This document shows positions 13,248 to 26,831 of a stretch of DNA of 64,000 bases, piece by piece. The notes under the pieces were generated by a model. It had not been told where the DNA came from. It made no database searches and saw only the letters and a list, made by a program, of their open reading frames with translations. The first letter of the stretch is position 1; each line of letters begins with the position of its first letter. The stretch lies in NCBI RefSeq assembly GCF_026571515.1, contig NW_026864560.1, positions 248,001-312,000 on the forward strand, written 5' to 3'. Origin of the DNA: Ruditapes philippinarum (taxonomy: Eukaryota). Made by a program: the position numbers and the translations under genes.

Positions 13248-15842
13248 GTTTTTTTTTATTATTAAATTTTCTTTATTATCCAGTTCGTACAAACAATACA
13301 TTTCATACATTATACAAATTTACAAACATATTACATAGAGGATATTTGTTTGTTTTGCATGTAAGATTGAAATATAATTTCACTGAGTGAACACCAGATG
13401 CAATATTTTCACGAGTGGCGTAGCCACGAGTGAAAATATAATAGCTGGTGTTCACGAATGAAATATATTTCAATCTTATATGTAAAACAAATAAATTTTC
13501 TTTTTATTTCATGCTTTTTAAGTGATTTCAAGTATTTTTTAACTGATTTTGCCGAGTAACGTCGCTCATTCTCCTTTGTGACGTCATCACGTCATGACGT
13601 CACATCAATAATTTTGAAATATAGTTCTGTTAAATATCTCTAATTTTGTTACATTTTCAACATGATGTATAGTGACATCGACTTTCTTTTTCCTAAAGAA
13701 GCAAAATTTACGCTTATCGGCATATATTTCTGTCTGATATTTCATTCAGTTATGATTTTCTTTTCATCCGCATTCAGATATAGTCCGGCTACAGTGAAAA
13801 TTATATTTTATAAATTTCACTAGTGGTTTATCAGAATATAATCATCTGATATATTACAATAAAACACTGGAAAGCATGAAATAAAAATTGTTTAATTGCA
13901 AGAATAAACAATGGTTACATCAGAAAAAAACTTTAATAAAAGACTAAGTAGATTTAAACTGATTTAACATGGTTGTAAAAATGGAAAAGTAATCTAGAGC
14001 ATGATATATGTAATTTTAATTATTTATAGTTATGTTTTCATTAATAAAAAAGAAGCGTTTCATAGTAAGCGTGTAAATAATATTTTATAGACTCCAGCCA
14101 GTCGCATATGTTTATGATGTGAATATGCTCCATTTGTTGTTATGGACATTGACCTTATTTTTCATTTCAGCAATGAGTCTTTCTAAACTAAGTTTATATC
14201 TAAAATAATTTAAAAAATTCACTGAAGTTTTGGTATGGTTTTCTGGTATTTATTTTAAATATAAAATATTTACCTAAGAGTAAAATATAGTTAATGCAGT
14301 TTGATTTCATATTATTTTGAATATTCACATTACACAAACTGACAGTTTCGTATGATACCAAAGTTGTGTCTGTAGATATTTTTGATTGTAAAAAAATCCT
14401 AATTTGACACCAAAATGGTTGAATTTTTTAGCATTCCCAATATAGATGTACATTAGATTCTGGTGCCGAGTTTGCAAAAATCGCATAACATTAACTCCAC
14501 CATATTATATTTAAAAAGTTTTTCATGGTTTGGCAAAATACGCATAAGATATTTATACTGAAAAACTTCGAAGCTTTGGTATCAATCGTTATGTTATATG
14601 GAATATATTTTTCCATTCAAAGTTGCCTGAGAGCTTTCCCATTTGTTTTCTTGATGATTGTTTGTTGTTGTTTTTTCTTTTAAATAAGCATAGTATAAAT
14701 AAATCGGAGGTTTTAATTTGAGGTTTTAATTTTTATCAATTAAGTAGTTATTAGCTTTGTATTGTATCCCTTCAGATTTTAGTTTTATTTTCCATTCTTT
14801 TTGGTATGCATTTTATGAGTTGATGATAGTTTTAAAAAGTTTGTTTGGGCTATGCCATAAAGGTTTTGGATTTCGTTAAAGTTATAAAATTGTTTTTTTC
14901 CTATAATCGTATATATGTTCGATGAAGATTACGCCTTTTTCCATCCATTCACAGAAAACAAATGTTTGTTACTTATTTTTATATTCGTGTTGTTCCATAT
15001 AATTTCTTTACCAACATCAGTTATTTCTTTATTAAAGTTTGCATACGACCAAGCACTGAGTACGTCTTTTAAAAATGTAGATCTAATATCTATATTTTCA
15101 ATACTTTTATGTTTAGATTACATTTAAATATGAATTGTTTTTCCATATCTATTTAACATATTTTCATATACTTTAACCCATTCTGAATGTTGCTGCAATT
15201 TAATGCGTTTAACCCAGGAGCATTTTAAGGAATATATAAAAACTTTCAACGTCTAACATTTTTTAAGCCCCCCATGTTGGTAATCTTGAATAATCTTATC
15301 TCTTGATATTTTGTCTGGTTTGTTGTCCATAGAAAGTTAAACATGAGCTTTTTTTATTTTATTTATGATTTCTTGGTCTGGGTTATGTAAAACTGTGAGA
15401 GGATAAATAAGTTTGGGCATTACAAAAGTTTTAAGAACGGTTTATTTTTTCCAAAAAAGACTTAGTTTCCATCGTTTCCATTTATGCAAACATTGATCGA
15501 ACTCTTTCAGTTTAGGTGTTAAATTAGTATTAAGCATTTCGTCTATGTTATTAGTGAAAGTTATATCGAGCGTGCTAGCTTTTTCAGATGTCCATTTAAA
15601 ATTATTGTCATTGCAGAAATTGATATGAGTATTTCTTAAACTTCCAAGTTTTAAAACAGTACATTTATCTTTATTCAATTTAAGGCCTGATATATTTGAA
15701 AAAAATTTTAGTGTTGAAATAAGTGTTAGAAACGATCTTTTTTCTCCATCAGTTATAAAAACATGCATCATCGGCAAAAAGTGTTTGTTTTAGTTCAATG
15801 TTTCCTATCTTAATGCCTTTAATATCTTTATTTTTGGTAACT
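13248..15842 (-). mobile_element. 5'-truncated, frameshifted L1/Tx1-clade non-LTR retrotransposon (C-terminal half of RT plus 3' UTR)
   Basis: The minus strand near 15760-15800 reads ELKQTLFADDA (RT catalytic motif). It continues after a frameshift into ...FSNISGLKLNKDKC... (ORF 15442..15777), typical of L1/Tx1 RT. The 3' end has AATAAA and a poly(A) (T-run 13249-13257). Candidate TSD TCACATGTT at 13239-13247 and 15843-15851. Confidence 0.85.
13331..13887 (+). mobile_element. Non-autonomous palindromic element inserted in the LINE 3' UTR
   Basis: An imperfect hairpin of about 160 bp (about 13341-13498) is centred on CACGAGTGGC-GTA-GCCACGAGTG. It is followed by a segment bounded by the inverted repeat TTTTTATTTCATGCTTT (13501) / AAAGCATGAAATAAAAA (13871-13887). 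A second family member lies at 51888-53013. Confidence 0.7.
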
Positions 15843-17151
15843 TCACATGTTTTTACTATCCTATCAGGTATTAATTTTTTTTTTTCGAGCTCTGTAAAGT
15901 CGTTTTGAATGCGCCTACTTCATTTAATATATAGCTTTAAACGATAGTACTATGCTATAGTAGTGTCGTCATGTGCTCTCTTTAATATACTTTCTTAAAA
16001 TTATTTACTATAGATCTATGAAATAATAATAACTCGTGTAAGAGTCTGAATACATGCAAACAAATATGTTATAATCAACAACAATTATTTTTCAAATAAG
16101 TCATATTTATATAGTCACGGGAGAGGAGTTCGTGATAGTCATAGACAAAATACTAACTGAAGAAATCCTGATAAGTTTCAGTTTTTATGTTAACCACAGA
16201 GCTATATTTATGTAATATAATTAAGTCTCTGGTCCAACCACTCAGAAAAAAGTATTGTAGCAAAAGCCTGTTTTGATATTCTTAGCAAAGAAGTAACCAG
16301 CCATACAGAAAACTAAATGGTAAAACCAATAGATTTTATTAACATGTTAATGAACAACATTTTAGTTCTTGCGTAATTTTGAAAGTAAACACTTTATTCT
16401 TGATTACTTATTGTTTTAGATATGTTTAAATAAAAGGTTTATCATTTCACTCAGAATTTGCTCAGAAGGACTTTTAATAACATTTCTAAGATAATTTTAT
16501 AATCTCTACATTCATCTATTATCTTTCGATGTCAATCCTTTGTTGTTATATAACATACATGTGCTATGTCTATAGAATGGCTAATTGCGTATTCCTATCT
16601 TAAGTGAAACTACTGTACATGTATAGTGTTAATTATGTGCATTGGTAAAAGAGATATTAACTAATATACAATCACGTAATAATGAAAAGCGTGGAAAAAA
16701 ATCCTTGTGGTTCTTAGTTGTTAACTTCATATTGTAAAGTTATATGCTTAGTCATAATGTTTTCCCTCGGAATCAAACTTTGACTGACAGATCCCAATTA
16801 AAAAAGTTGAAACAGTACGTAAATCATATTTAATCAGATCCGATATAAGTGAAGTTTATTGACATTTTCGATCTTAATTAAGAAATTGATCAGACAATTA
16901 CACAATTATTTTATGTTTAATTATCAAGATAAACTATAGATTCAAAGTATACTTACCAATGCTTTGTAACAGAAATTCTCTCTTGTTGGTGGCTTTCGTT
17001 TAGCGAGTTTTTCGAAAAAGTGACTTCTGATGATCAACCGGCTACTATCGTGACGGGTTAATCCAAACTTAAACTAACTGTAGGGTAGAATACCATATTT
17101 TCACACGCATATTACGCAATAATGTCTCTATATTGAAGATGCATTTGCTCC

Positions 17152-17301
17152 TTAACACCCCTCAAAATCTAATTGGAAAAGTCGGGTAGATTTTCACACT
17201 ATTTCTTAATTATTAAACAAACAACATTGATTGGCCTTAATTGGCGCCATCATCAGTCGGAATAATGTCGTCGGCACTCTGAGGGTTTTTGAAGGTGTTA
17301 A
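17152..17301. mobile_element. Small TTAA-bounded MITE-like element in the FoxH/SLC35C2 intergenic region
   Basis: Left end TTAACACCCCTCAAAATC; right end reverse complement TTAACACCTTCAAAAACC. It contains two ATTGG (reverse CCAAT) motifs. Confidence 0.45.
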
Positions 17302-19366
17302 AACTCAATTCGCCGCCCCTTTTTAATTTGCATTAAATTTTGCTTAATTGTCCACACGTGTTTCAGTTTTAATTTTTTTTAAATAATTATCTTTTGAATT
17401 GAATTGAATTAACTTAACACATATTTATCTAAATGCACTTAATTTCTTTTGATCTTTGTTAATGGAAAATGTATCATTGTAAAAATCATTGTTAAAATGT
17501 CTTAAACTGTCATTTAAAATGGCGGGACGCGGAGTTAAAACACGCTAATTAGCAGAGGCGCAGGGATAAAACTCGTGACGGGATCGCGGGGCGAAAACAC
17601 GAATGGCACAAATCAGTCTCCATATAATTGTTTTACAAACTGACCAGATAATATCCTTATAGTAACTTGAGCACAGGTTATATAATTACTGTTTTAGTAA
17701 TTAACTAAATAAGTTATATTATATAGAATGAAAATTGTCCCTACAGAACCGTTACTGTATATAATGTATACAATGTATAATTTTTATAAATATGGATTTA
17801 GTCAAAGACTAGATATTATATATAGTTTAACAATATATTAACATTATTATACCCCGCCCCTAAGCATGCAATTCCAAAGACGATTTAGTACCATGCAACC
17901 CAAATATTAATTTTGTAAAACACACAAGCGAATTTAATCTTGGCCGCTTATAACTTTACAAAAATGACAAGTGTCAAGTTTGACAACATAAAATTTCATT
18001 TTTCTTATTGAAGAGAGGGTATTGGTGAGTTAAGGGTATGGGATAGTGAATGTAACGATAATTTTTTAATGATTCTAATGTATGTCAGGGCATTAATAGT
18101 TATATAAGACGTTCATAACATACTTGTTACAAAGTTTCACTAAATTCGGATGGTCCCAAAATATGGGTAGATCGACAAATTCTAGGCAACACTCTCAACT
18201 AAAAACGTATACAATGTTATTGAGGTTTTATTTAAAAAAAGAACAATGAAAAGATTCAGAATTGATTTGTTTATCAAATGATATAATGTATTTGAACCAA
18301 ATTTGATTGATAGATCTATAATAATAACTTAAATAAGGGTGATTTTACAGTTACATGAGTTATGTTCATGAACTTACAAAATTGTGGTAGCCTTTGCAAA
18401 TGAAGTTAACCCATAATTTAACTGTTGCACAACGTCAAAATAAAAAGCGACATTTAAAGTTATGGAAGCCAGAACTACCCTCACTGCCTCAGACACTTCA
18501 TCCCTCGAATATTGAAGACACTTACCCATCAAACATGTTCAAGACACTCCCCCCCCCCCCCCCGCCCCTGATAAATAAAAAAAAACTTCAACCCTCTACC
18601 CTTATTATTTCAAGAGTAAATATTTCAATAACTTACTCCTCTAAACATGTAAAACTTGTCAAATGAAACCGAAAATTTACATATTATGACTAGGTATAAA
18701 ACTTTACTGAACGCGTATGATGAATCGAATCGTGAAGTCAGCATTTGACAATGTTTTATACATACTTGTTCCGTTATGTTAATACTTGGCCAAGAGGTGG
18801 ATATTTTAGTCGCGTGCGCATATGTGTTAAATAAATATTCAGGTTATGCTAGATCTATAAAAAGAATGACATTATTTAACATTATATAAATGAGTAAAGG
18901 CGATAATACCAATATTGACCAGTAAATGTTATGTTTGATTTTTACAAATTTTGTCTGCAAAAATGCAGAGCGAGTGCATTTTATAAAGGGCGAGTAAATT
19001 GAAGGGTCACTCGCCCAGAAGGCCTGCATCAATTAAACATTTTACAGATATATTTGGTGAATATTGGATGGCCGCTGCTGCCTAGTTGGATTACATGGCA
19101 GTAGTGACGTTTAATTTAATGAAACTTCATAGAAATGTTCACTGTTATGAGAAGCTATGTCACGCACATGAACCAGATCTCTGGGTCAAAGTTAAAGGTC
19201 ACACTTTTAACTCAGCCTTGAACTCAGCAGCCATTTAAAACTTATTCATTTTTTGAAACAATATTATATGTTATTACTATTCTTTTATTTATCTTTTTTT
19301 AAGGTGGGGGGATGTAATTGGTTGTGAAACAAAAACAGCAGATATAACTAAAGATTGGTTTCCAGA

Positions 19367-22300
19367 ATGGGGAAGAAAGATAGGTCCCTGGTCGACCGCC
19401 ATGGTCTACATTTACCAGATGGCTTACATGTTGACCAAAAACTGAAGGAGATAAAAAGTGCAGTGAAACCCAAAGCGGAGACAGTGAAGAAATCTCTAAG
19501 CTCTGTGACATTTTTAACACTGGCAGTGAAAACTTGTGCTCTTGTCATCTTCTATTATATTTTTTCAATTGGACTTACATTCTACAATCAAAGATTTATA
19601 AAGGTACATTTTTGTATTTTAACTATGTATCAAATCAAATTTTGATTCTATTGCTGCACTTGCCATCAGTAGATGTTTGTTTGAATTCTACTGGGTCATT
19701 TGCAAAAGACTATCTAGCTAGCTTATTGATGGACAGTGTATATGCATATCCATATATATATATCAAAATATGATAAAAATGTATGTGATGTTGTTTAAAA
19801 TTTTGCCAGTCCCTTTTCTTCTTTTTCTTCAAAAAAAAAAAAGTGAAAAAATAAACCTTTTCCTTCCCAATTTACAAAATTGTAGACAAATTTTCTTTAA
19901 ATCATCTCAACAGTTTCCTGGTTTTTACAACATTTATGTTAAGTAATAATCTGAATTAAATTATAGTGACTGATACTCATAATTTTTATTTCAACACATA
20001 CTGTTTTAGTTTGAGAAATCTTCAAGTTTGCTTTAGAAAGTTTCTATAAGCATAGGAAAAAGTTTCAAAAGTTCCTTACTGGAGGAAACAGACTTAAATG
20101 TTTATTTTAGTGCTTGACAACAGCTGTGTAATGCTATGTTAAAAGAACAACAGTAGCATCATAGTTCTTAATCTTTCATGGGGATGTTTTTCCAGAATAA
20201 AAAAGCACAAGTAACTACATCAGATTCATATATGAAATGCATGTACAATCAGATATGCTATTTTTCATAGTACTCCTGGCATATGATGAATGTGTTTTAT
20301 ATTTTCAGCACTTTAATTACCCATTATCATTAACTATGGCTCATCTGGTTACCAAGTTTATGTTAGCAGCATTGATCAGAACAATTATAGAATGGAAGAC
20401 GGGGGAACCGAGGGTAACATTACCATGGGGAATGTTCTGTAAACGTATAGCTCCAGCTGGTATGTAAAGTCATGTAATCCTTTTTTTTTTATTTAACTGA
20501 CAATAGTGTTAGAGCACTACCTTTACGCTGGCAGAAATCATGATCACAAAGTAAAAAAAGATTGCCTTTTTTTGCAGATTTAAATTTTACGTTTATTTTC
20601 GTATATAAATCAATGTGAAGAGATAAATAAGGGGTCTTAAAGTGCATTTCGGTGGGTGAAAAAGTGAGATTTTAGCCTTTAAACATTCAAGTGCATTGTC
20701 TGGTATATATCAAAATATAGAATTTAATGCGGTTAACCAGCACTTTTTTAGTCTTACTCCTTTTTTTCTTCTGTAAGATCAAATTAGATTGCACTGATCT
20801 GGATATGTGATAAATATTATACATAACTGAATACAATACTTGATAGAATAATGTTTATTCTCATAAAAATTTTTTTATAAGACCAGGAAAGATTCAAATA
20901 CATCAGAAATATGGAATGTTGATCTTGTTAAATTTAATTATTTATCCAATCAGCAAATATTGAACATTTTATTATAATTTTTATAATCCCTTGATACTTG
21001 TCTATAATACAGATCTCTGATTAGATATAGTCATTATCTTACACTTTTCAATGAGATATAAGTCATATCTAACTGTTAATCTGAAAATGCGTGAAGTATA
21101 GTATTTTGATTCCTGTTTTATACAGAAATACACAATATTTTAAATATTTCACAATGTCAAATAATTTAGCATTATTATGGTGTCATTTTAGATTATGTGT
21201 GACTTAAAGTGTATAAAGCAGAGATGTAGATAACAGAGATAAGCTATCACTCATGTCTATCAAAAAGTGAAAAATTAATAGGCATTTTGTAGCAAATAAA
21301 ACTTAATGGATTTTAATCCTTTTATAATATACACCATTTGAAAGTTAAATCACATGTTAAAATATTGGTAACTTTCCTTGCCATTCACTTATAAAAACAT
21401 AGCAGAACATACCTACTAAGCCAGTTTTTTTTGTCATATGAATACTTTTGTAACCAAAATTACTAAGTAGTTCTCTTCCAAGATTGATGTATCATTTATT
21501 TAAATGGGAACTGTATAATTAATGTTATTATCTGCAGCCATAGACAAAAGCATAAGCTTTCAGAAAATGTATTATTTTACTGATTTTGATATTTGGTTAA
21601 TAAGTTTTACTTGCTACAAGTTATAGGTTTAGCAAGCAAATGTGATATTTTAACTGGCTAGGAAGTTGTCTTTCTCTGTTATGTATGTCTCTCGTATAAA
21701 GCTATAGCTATATCTGATGGCTGCAATATGCAAAACTATTGTTTGAATTTTGAAAAGTAATACTTCCAAAATATCTGTATAACGGTAAAAGAAATGTTTT
21801 TGGATCTTTCTTTAAGTGCTAAGAAGTCATGCATAAAATCACTGCTAAATGGTTGAAACCCTACTAAAAATAGCAGCATGTTTTTTTGTTCCAGAACATT
21901 TTATCCTGTTTTGTATGATATTCATGTGTGTTTACTAACAGAGACATTCTATGTTACATGTACAGCTCTTTTGAGTACCAACAATGATTTCGGAATTTTA
22001 ACATTAATAAATTTTATGAACAGATCTATATGTCATTAGATTTAACTTTATGCAATTTAAATTTTAATACTTAAATACAGATGCAACTTAATAATGTAGA
22101 AGGAAAACAAAATTTGATTCTAGTGAAATTGGAACATATCTGAGACATTAAATAGTAATAAACTTCTTATGCACGCATGTCGTGAAAATATTTAAAATAT
22201 CTCACTTCCTAATATCCTTTAATATATATATTGTATAGGAGCATTTTTTTGCTCTTGTATATATTTTCTCTTTGGATATATGTAATCCAGATAAAACATA

Positions 22301-25300
22301 CTGTAGGGTATAAATGAAAAGATTAATATTTATTTTTCCCTTCACAGGGATTACAAGTGCAATTGACATAGGACTATCTAATTGGAGCTTTGAATTTATC
22401 ACTGTTTCATTGTAAGTATAATTATAAACATTAATTTTCAAGTACAGCATATTAAATTATATTTCTTTTAGAATAAGGCAACTATCTTTTTTATCCTTAT
22501 GTAAGTGCCAACTTCTTCACATTAATCAGTATTGAAACATCAAAAGTTAAACAGTTTTTGACCAATAACTTTACAACAAATGAGCACTTGGCGCTCAATT
22601 TCATTGCAATAAATTTAAGTGCTACAAAATTTAAAAACATTTATTCGTTCATTATTTTTGTAATGTGATTTTTTTCTATAAATTTATTTCAGGTATACAA
22701 TGTCCAAGTCCTCAGCTGTGATATTTATATTATTTTTTGCGCTTTTATTCCGTCTTGAAAAATGGGTAAGTTTTTTTGTCACAATGTCTTTGTATGACAA
22801 TTTTTTTTAATTCATATTTTAAAAAATCCTTTTTTTTAATTCATATTTTAAAAAATCCTCTATGCCCAAATTTTTGTTGATGAAATATTTTATATTTCAT
22901 GTTGCCCGGTAAGTAAGATTTCCCTAAGCAAAAGATACCTCAAGCACTTCACTTGTGACATTACCATATTCAACCATAGCATGTCATTATACTTTGTGAC
23001 CCACTTTTGATAAACATGTATTTAGTTTTATTTCACTATGTTCAATACCTGTAATACTAAAATAACATAACTGTGTTTGATTAAAATTGTACTGAACGTC
23101 AATTTATTTAGAAACAAATCATCAAAGAATAATCTTCTTTAGGATATTCATTTAGAATTTAAACATTTTTTTCTCTAAAACTAACCTGTATGTGAGGTTA
23201 TTTTTAGAATTTTCTGCAATACACTTAATCCAAAAGTCATTAAATGATTCATAAAATGAGCAGGAAACTCCATGTGTTTTTCCCTTACAGAGATGGTCAT
23301 TGGTGGTGATTGTGCTATTTATAGCCACTGGGTTGTTCATGTTCACTTACCACTCGACACAGTTTAATGGAGAGGGATTTACAATGGTAATGATAGCCTC
23401 AGTCTTGTCTGGTCTACGATGGACTCTTGCCCAGCTAGTTACACAGAAAAATGAAATAGGTAACTATATTAATTACTTAAGTTTGGCTGTGTTAAGGTAT
23501 AAGGCAAGCATTACAGACATGCAGTTTAGAGCTCGAAAATCAGAACCATATTAACAATTTTACAAGACTCTTATGGGCAGTTCACTTTATGCTGTGAGTA
23601 ATAGGGTAGACATGTAGGAATTTGAATAATAAATTTAGTTGTATTCAAATTGAATATGCAAAGGGTGATTTTGAGTTGTTGATATTCATGCATTTTCAAA
23701 ACTTTTAATTATTTTATTTAGTTTTTATGTTTTGAAAATATGTTAAAAATAATCTGATAGCTGGTAGGCTTTAAGCAAGTATTGATTTTGGAATATAACT
23801 AGTGCATAATAATTACACTGAAATTTGTTGTGTTTGCTTGGGTGCTGAAAATTTAATTTTTTACTCTGTGGGTGTTGAATGACGTCTTTCAGCCATTTTG
23901 AATGAAGTTTTAAATTCATTTGGTTCTATTACTACCAAACTGCCTTTTTCTTTTATTTTATTTCAAACTATAATTGATTAGTAATATGCAAGATAAAGCA
24001 TCAGACCCAGGATGATTGGCAGATATTAATATATCTGACCAATGAGTAAACAGTTCAACAGTGACTTACATGTAGCAGAGCCTTGTTACAGGATTTAACA
24101 AGTATCTCCGAGTTGGATATTCCTGTCTGTCCCAGTGTCCAGGGTTTGCTTCTATAAATCTTTTCATTAATTTGCATGTATTTTATTTTCAGGGTTACAT
24201 AATCCACTAGATATGATGTATCATATACAACCATGGATGATTGTAGGACTCTTACCTCTCTCTGCAGCATTTGAAGGTAAAATTATACCAGAAACTTTAA
24301 TACTAGAATGACATTTGGTGGTGTCTCGTGAATTGGGAATTGATTAACAGATAGACATGTTTAATTGCCATATATCCTGTTTTTGCACTGTTGGAAGCTT
24401 AAGTTTGTAATTTTAATATTGAAATATATCATGTTAAATGGACAATACTTATACTATTACATGATAAATGTTATAGATTTAACAGGCTATGAATGAAATG
24501 TTGGTCTTTTTAAATTTTTTAACGCAACAAAACATTTATTTGCTATCTTCCAGACTGACTTGGAAATCTGGAAACAAGAAATTTTGGTTTATTAATAATT
24601 TACTATGTTGATACTTTTTTTTATAATTTCAGGTGTTTCTATAGCAACCACAGATAATTTTTTCAGGTTCACTGAATACAGTATTTTATTCCGTAATCTC
24701 GGTTTGGTGCTATTTGGAGCATGTTTAGCGTTCATGCTAGAGTTCAGTGAATTTTTGCTGTTGTCTCAAACATCTAGTCTTACTTTATCAATTTCTGGGA
24801 TATTTAAGGTAAGATATATTCTTTAACTTAGAGTTGACGTCAAGGAAAACAAGTTATATACAAAATACAGTTTTGGGAGATATTCAGAAAAAAACTTACA
24901 GTGGGGGCATTAATTATGTTATTTCTGTTGTGAAAAGTTCAAGGTAAATCACTTTAAAAGGAGCCTGTTGTAAAGTGATTTAGACTGTGACATCAATTGC
25001 CCCTCATGGTGGCAGGTTTAAATCCTGCTCACTTTCCTGTGAGCGATCATAACAGCTAGATTAAGAAGTGATGATGGCTCTTAGTCAATCATTAGCTTAC
25101 TTATACCTGAAATAATGCATGGCGGAGTACCTGACATCTTCCTCTACCAGTCAAACTGGGCAAATGTTTGGGACTCTGCTGTAGTGTTATGTTTTACCAT
25201 TGATTCTTTAAGTAGTTTGATTGATCTCTATTTCCAGAAGTTTAATTCTCGCACTGTAAAATGTTACACTGTACAGACTTCAATACAGTGTTGCTATTTT

Positions 25301-26831
25301 CTCTTGTTACTGATTCCTAAAATTTTATCCGTATTTATAATAAAGTCCAGTGGGATTTCTAATTTTGTTTTTGATTCAATTTTCTTGAAGGATCTCCCAT
25401 TTCCAAAGTTTTGTTTCCTTTACATCTGCATGATAAATGATGAAAAATATTTAAAAATTATACTTCCTTTTAATTTGATTAGTGAACTTTGTATAGATGA
25501 AATGTTTTGAATTTTCAACAACATAGCAATATCATTATTTAGGAATATCATGGTTTTGTTTTCTATTGCAGGAGTTATGTACTCTTTATTTAGCACATGT
25601 GTTTAACAATGACAAGATGAATGTAGTAAATGGTATAGGACTGGTTGTGTGTCTAATTGGAATAGTTCTACATGTTATACTGAAAGCTGTCAACAGTAAG
25701 TACAATTGAATCGCTAGCAGCAAAATAAGATGCCACAGTGTTCAAACGGTACATGTCATTGATTTCTTGGGGCGTCCATGGCCGAGTGGTTAAGGTCGTT
25801 GACTTCAAATCACTTGCCCCTCACCGCTGTGGGTTCGAATCCCGACAGGGACTTTGGATTCTTTCATGTGAGGAAGCTATCCAGCTAGCTTACGGAACGT
25901 CGGTGGTTCTACTCAGGTGCCTGTTCGTGCCTGAAATAATGCACGGAAGGGCACCTGAGGTCTTCCTCCACCAGTAAAGCTGGAACGTCCCGATATGACC
26001 TATAATGTGTCGATGTGACGCAAACCCAAAAACAAACAAACAAAAAGATTTCTTATTACTTGCCTTCCACCATTGTGTGTTCAAATACTACTTCTTTCTA
26101 AGCAAGGAAGCTATCTAGCTAGCTAATAGAAGGTTGATGGTTGGACTCAGTGCCTATTTGTGGCTGAAATAAAGCACTGATGAGTGCCCGAGGTCCTCCT
26201 CCATCTGTATAGCTCAAACTTTACCATATAACTTTGAGTGTCATTGTCATCACCATATAACCTATCTCAGTTAGATAAACAGTTGATGTAGAACTTTGAA
26301 TAGAAAATCAGTGTCTGTAATAAGGTGTGTTTTTCAGCTATTTACAATTGTTGCCTTTCTTTTACCATGAACGTTAAAAAATATCAAATTGATATATAGA
26401 CTCTGATATTAAGACTCAGTTCTTATCTGTTGTAAGCAATAACAATATTTTCATCAAAACATGACTTAATATAGGGTAAGATATTAGAAATTAAAGCTTT
26501 TTACCCTTTTATAAAAATACTGCATATTGCGAAATCCTTATTTAATCAAAGAAAGCAACTTTGCGCTATATAAATTTGATGTAATGACTTTCAACAAGTA
26601 ACATGTATATACTTGGCCATACCATATAATCTGTCTAATATCTTTATGGCTACTCTAAATATTATTAGTCTATTGATACATGAGTGATGTCTATTTATAG
26701 ACCGGCAGGAATCCTTGACAAAAGGTGTTAGACATATTGAAGAAATGGAGATGTTAACAGAAGATGGTGGTGCCAATATTAGTGATGATAATGATGATGA
26801 AGAAATATTTAATGTTAGAAGTAACAGATAG
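19367..26831 (+). CDS. SLC35C2: Solute carrier family 35 member C2-like nucleotide-sugar (putative GDP-fucose) transporter, 9 coding exons, about 402 aa
   Basis: Exons assembled by hand with GT-AG sites and consistent phases: 19367-19603, 20309-20459, 22348-22411, 22693-22765, 23291-23459, 24193-24276, 24633-24808, 25572-25695, 26701-26831 (total 1209 nt). Diagnostic motifs: [92 protein letters not shown]. Confidence 0.95.
24958..25170 (+). mobile_element. Old, degenerate tRNA-derived SINE copy in SLC35C2 intron 7
   Basis: Aligns by eye with the 25769 copy (ttgcccctca...ggtttaaatcc...cctgaaataatgcatgg...acctgacatcttcctctaccag). Confidence 0.7.
25730..26245 (+). mobile_element. Older SINE of the same family, split by the 25769-26046 insertion
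   Basis: Removing the young copy rejoins cggtacatgtcattgatttctt|attacttgccttccaccattgtgtgttcaaa, which matches the family head. A decayed body follows (aggaagctatctagctagct...gaggtcctcctcca). Confidence 0.7.
25769..26046 (+). mobile_element. Young full-length tRNA-derived SINE in SLC35C2 intron 8
   Basis: tRNA-like head with A box TGGCCGAGTGG and B box GGTTCGAATCC, a conserved body, a (CAAA)n tail, and an 8-bp TSD GATTTCTT at 25761-25768 and 26047-26054. Confidence 0.93.

Noticed and set aside
22801-22859. 30-bp tandem duplication in SLC35C2 intron 4 (similar 21-bp doublet at about 45193-45235)
   Set aside because: Ordinary slippage-type duplications with no sign of function.
25769-25850. 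Functional tRNA gene (also at 32080)
   Set aside because: The head continues into a SINE body and tail with TSDs; it is not a cloverleaf tRNA.
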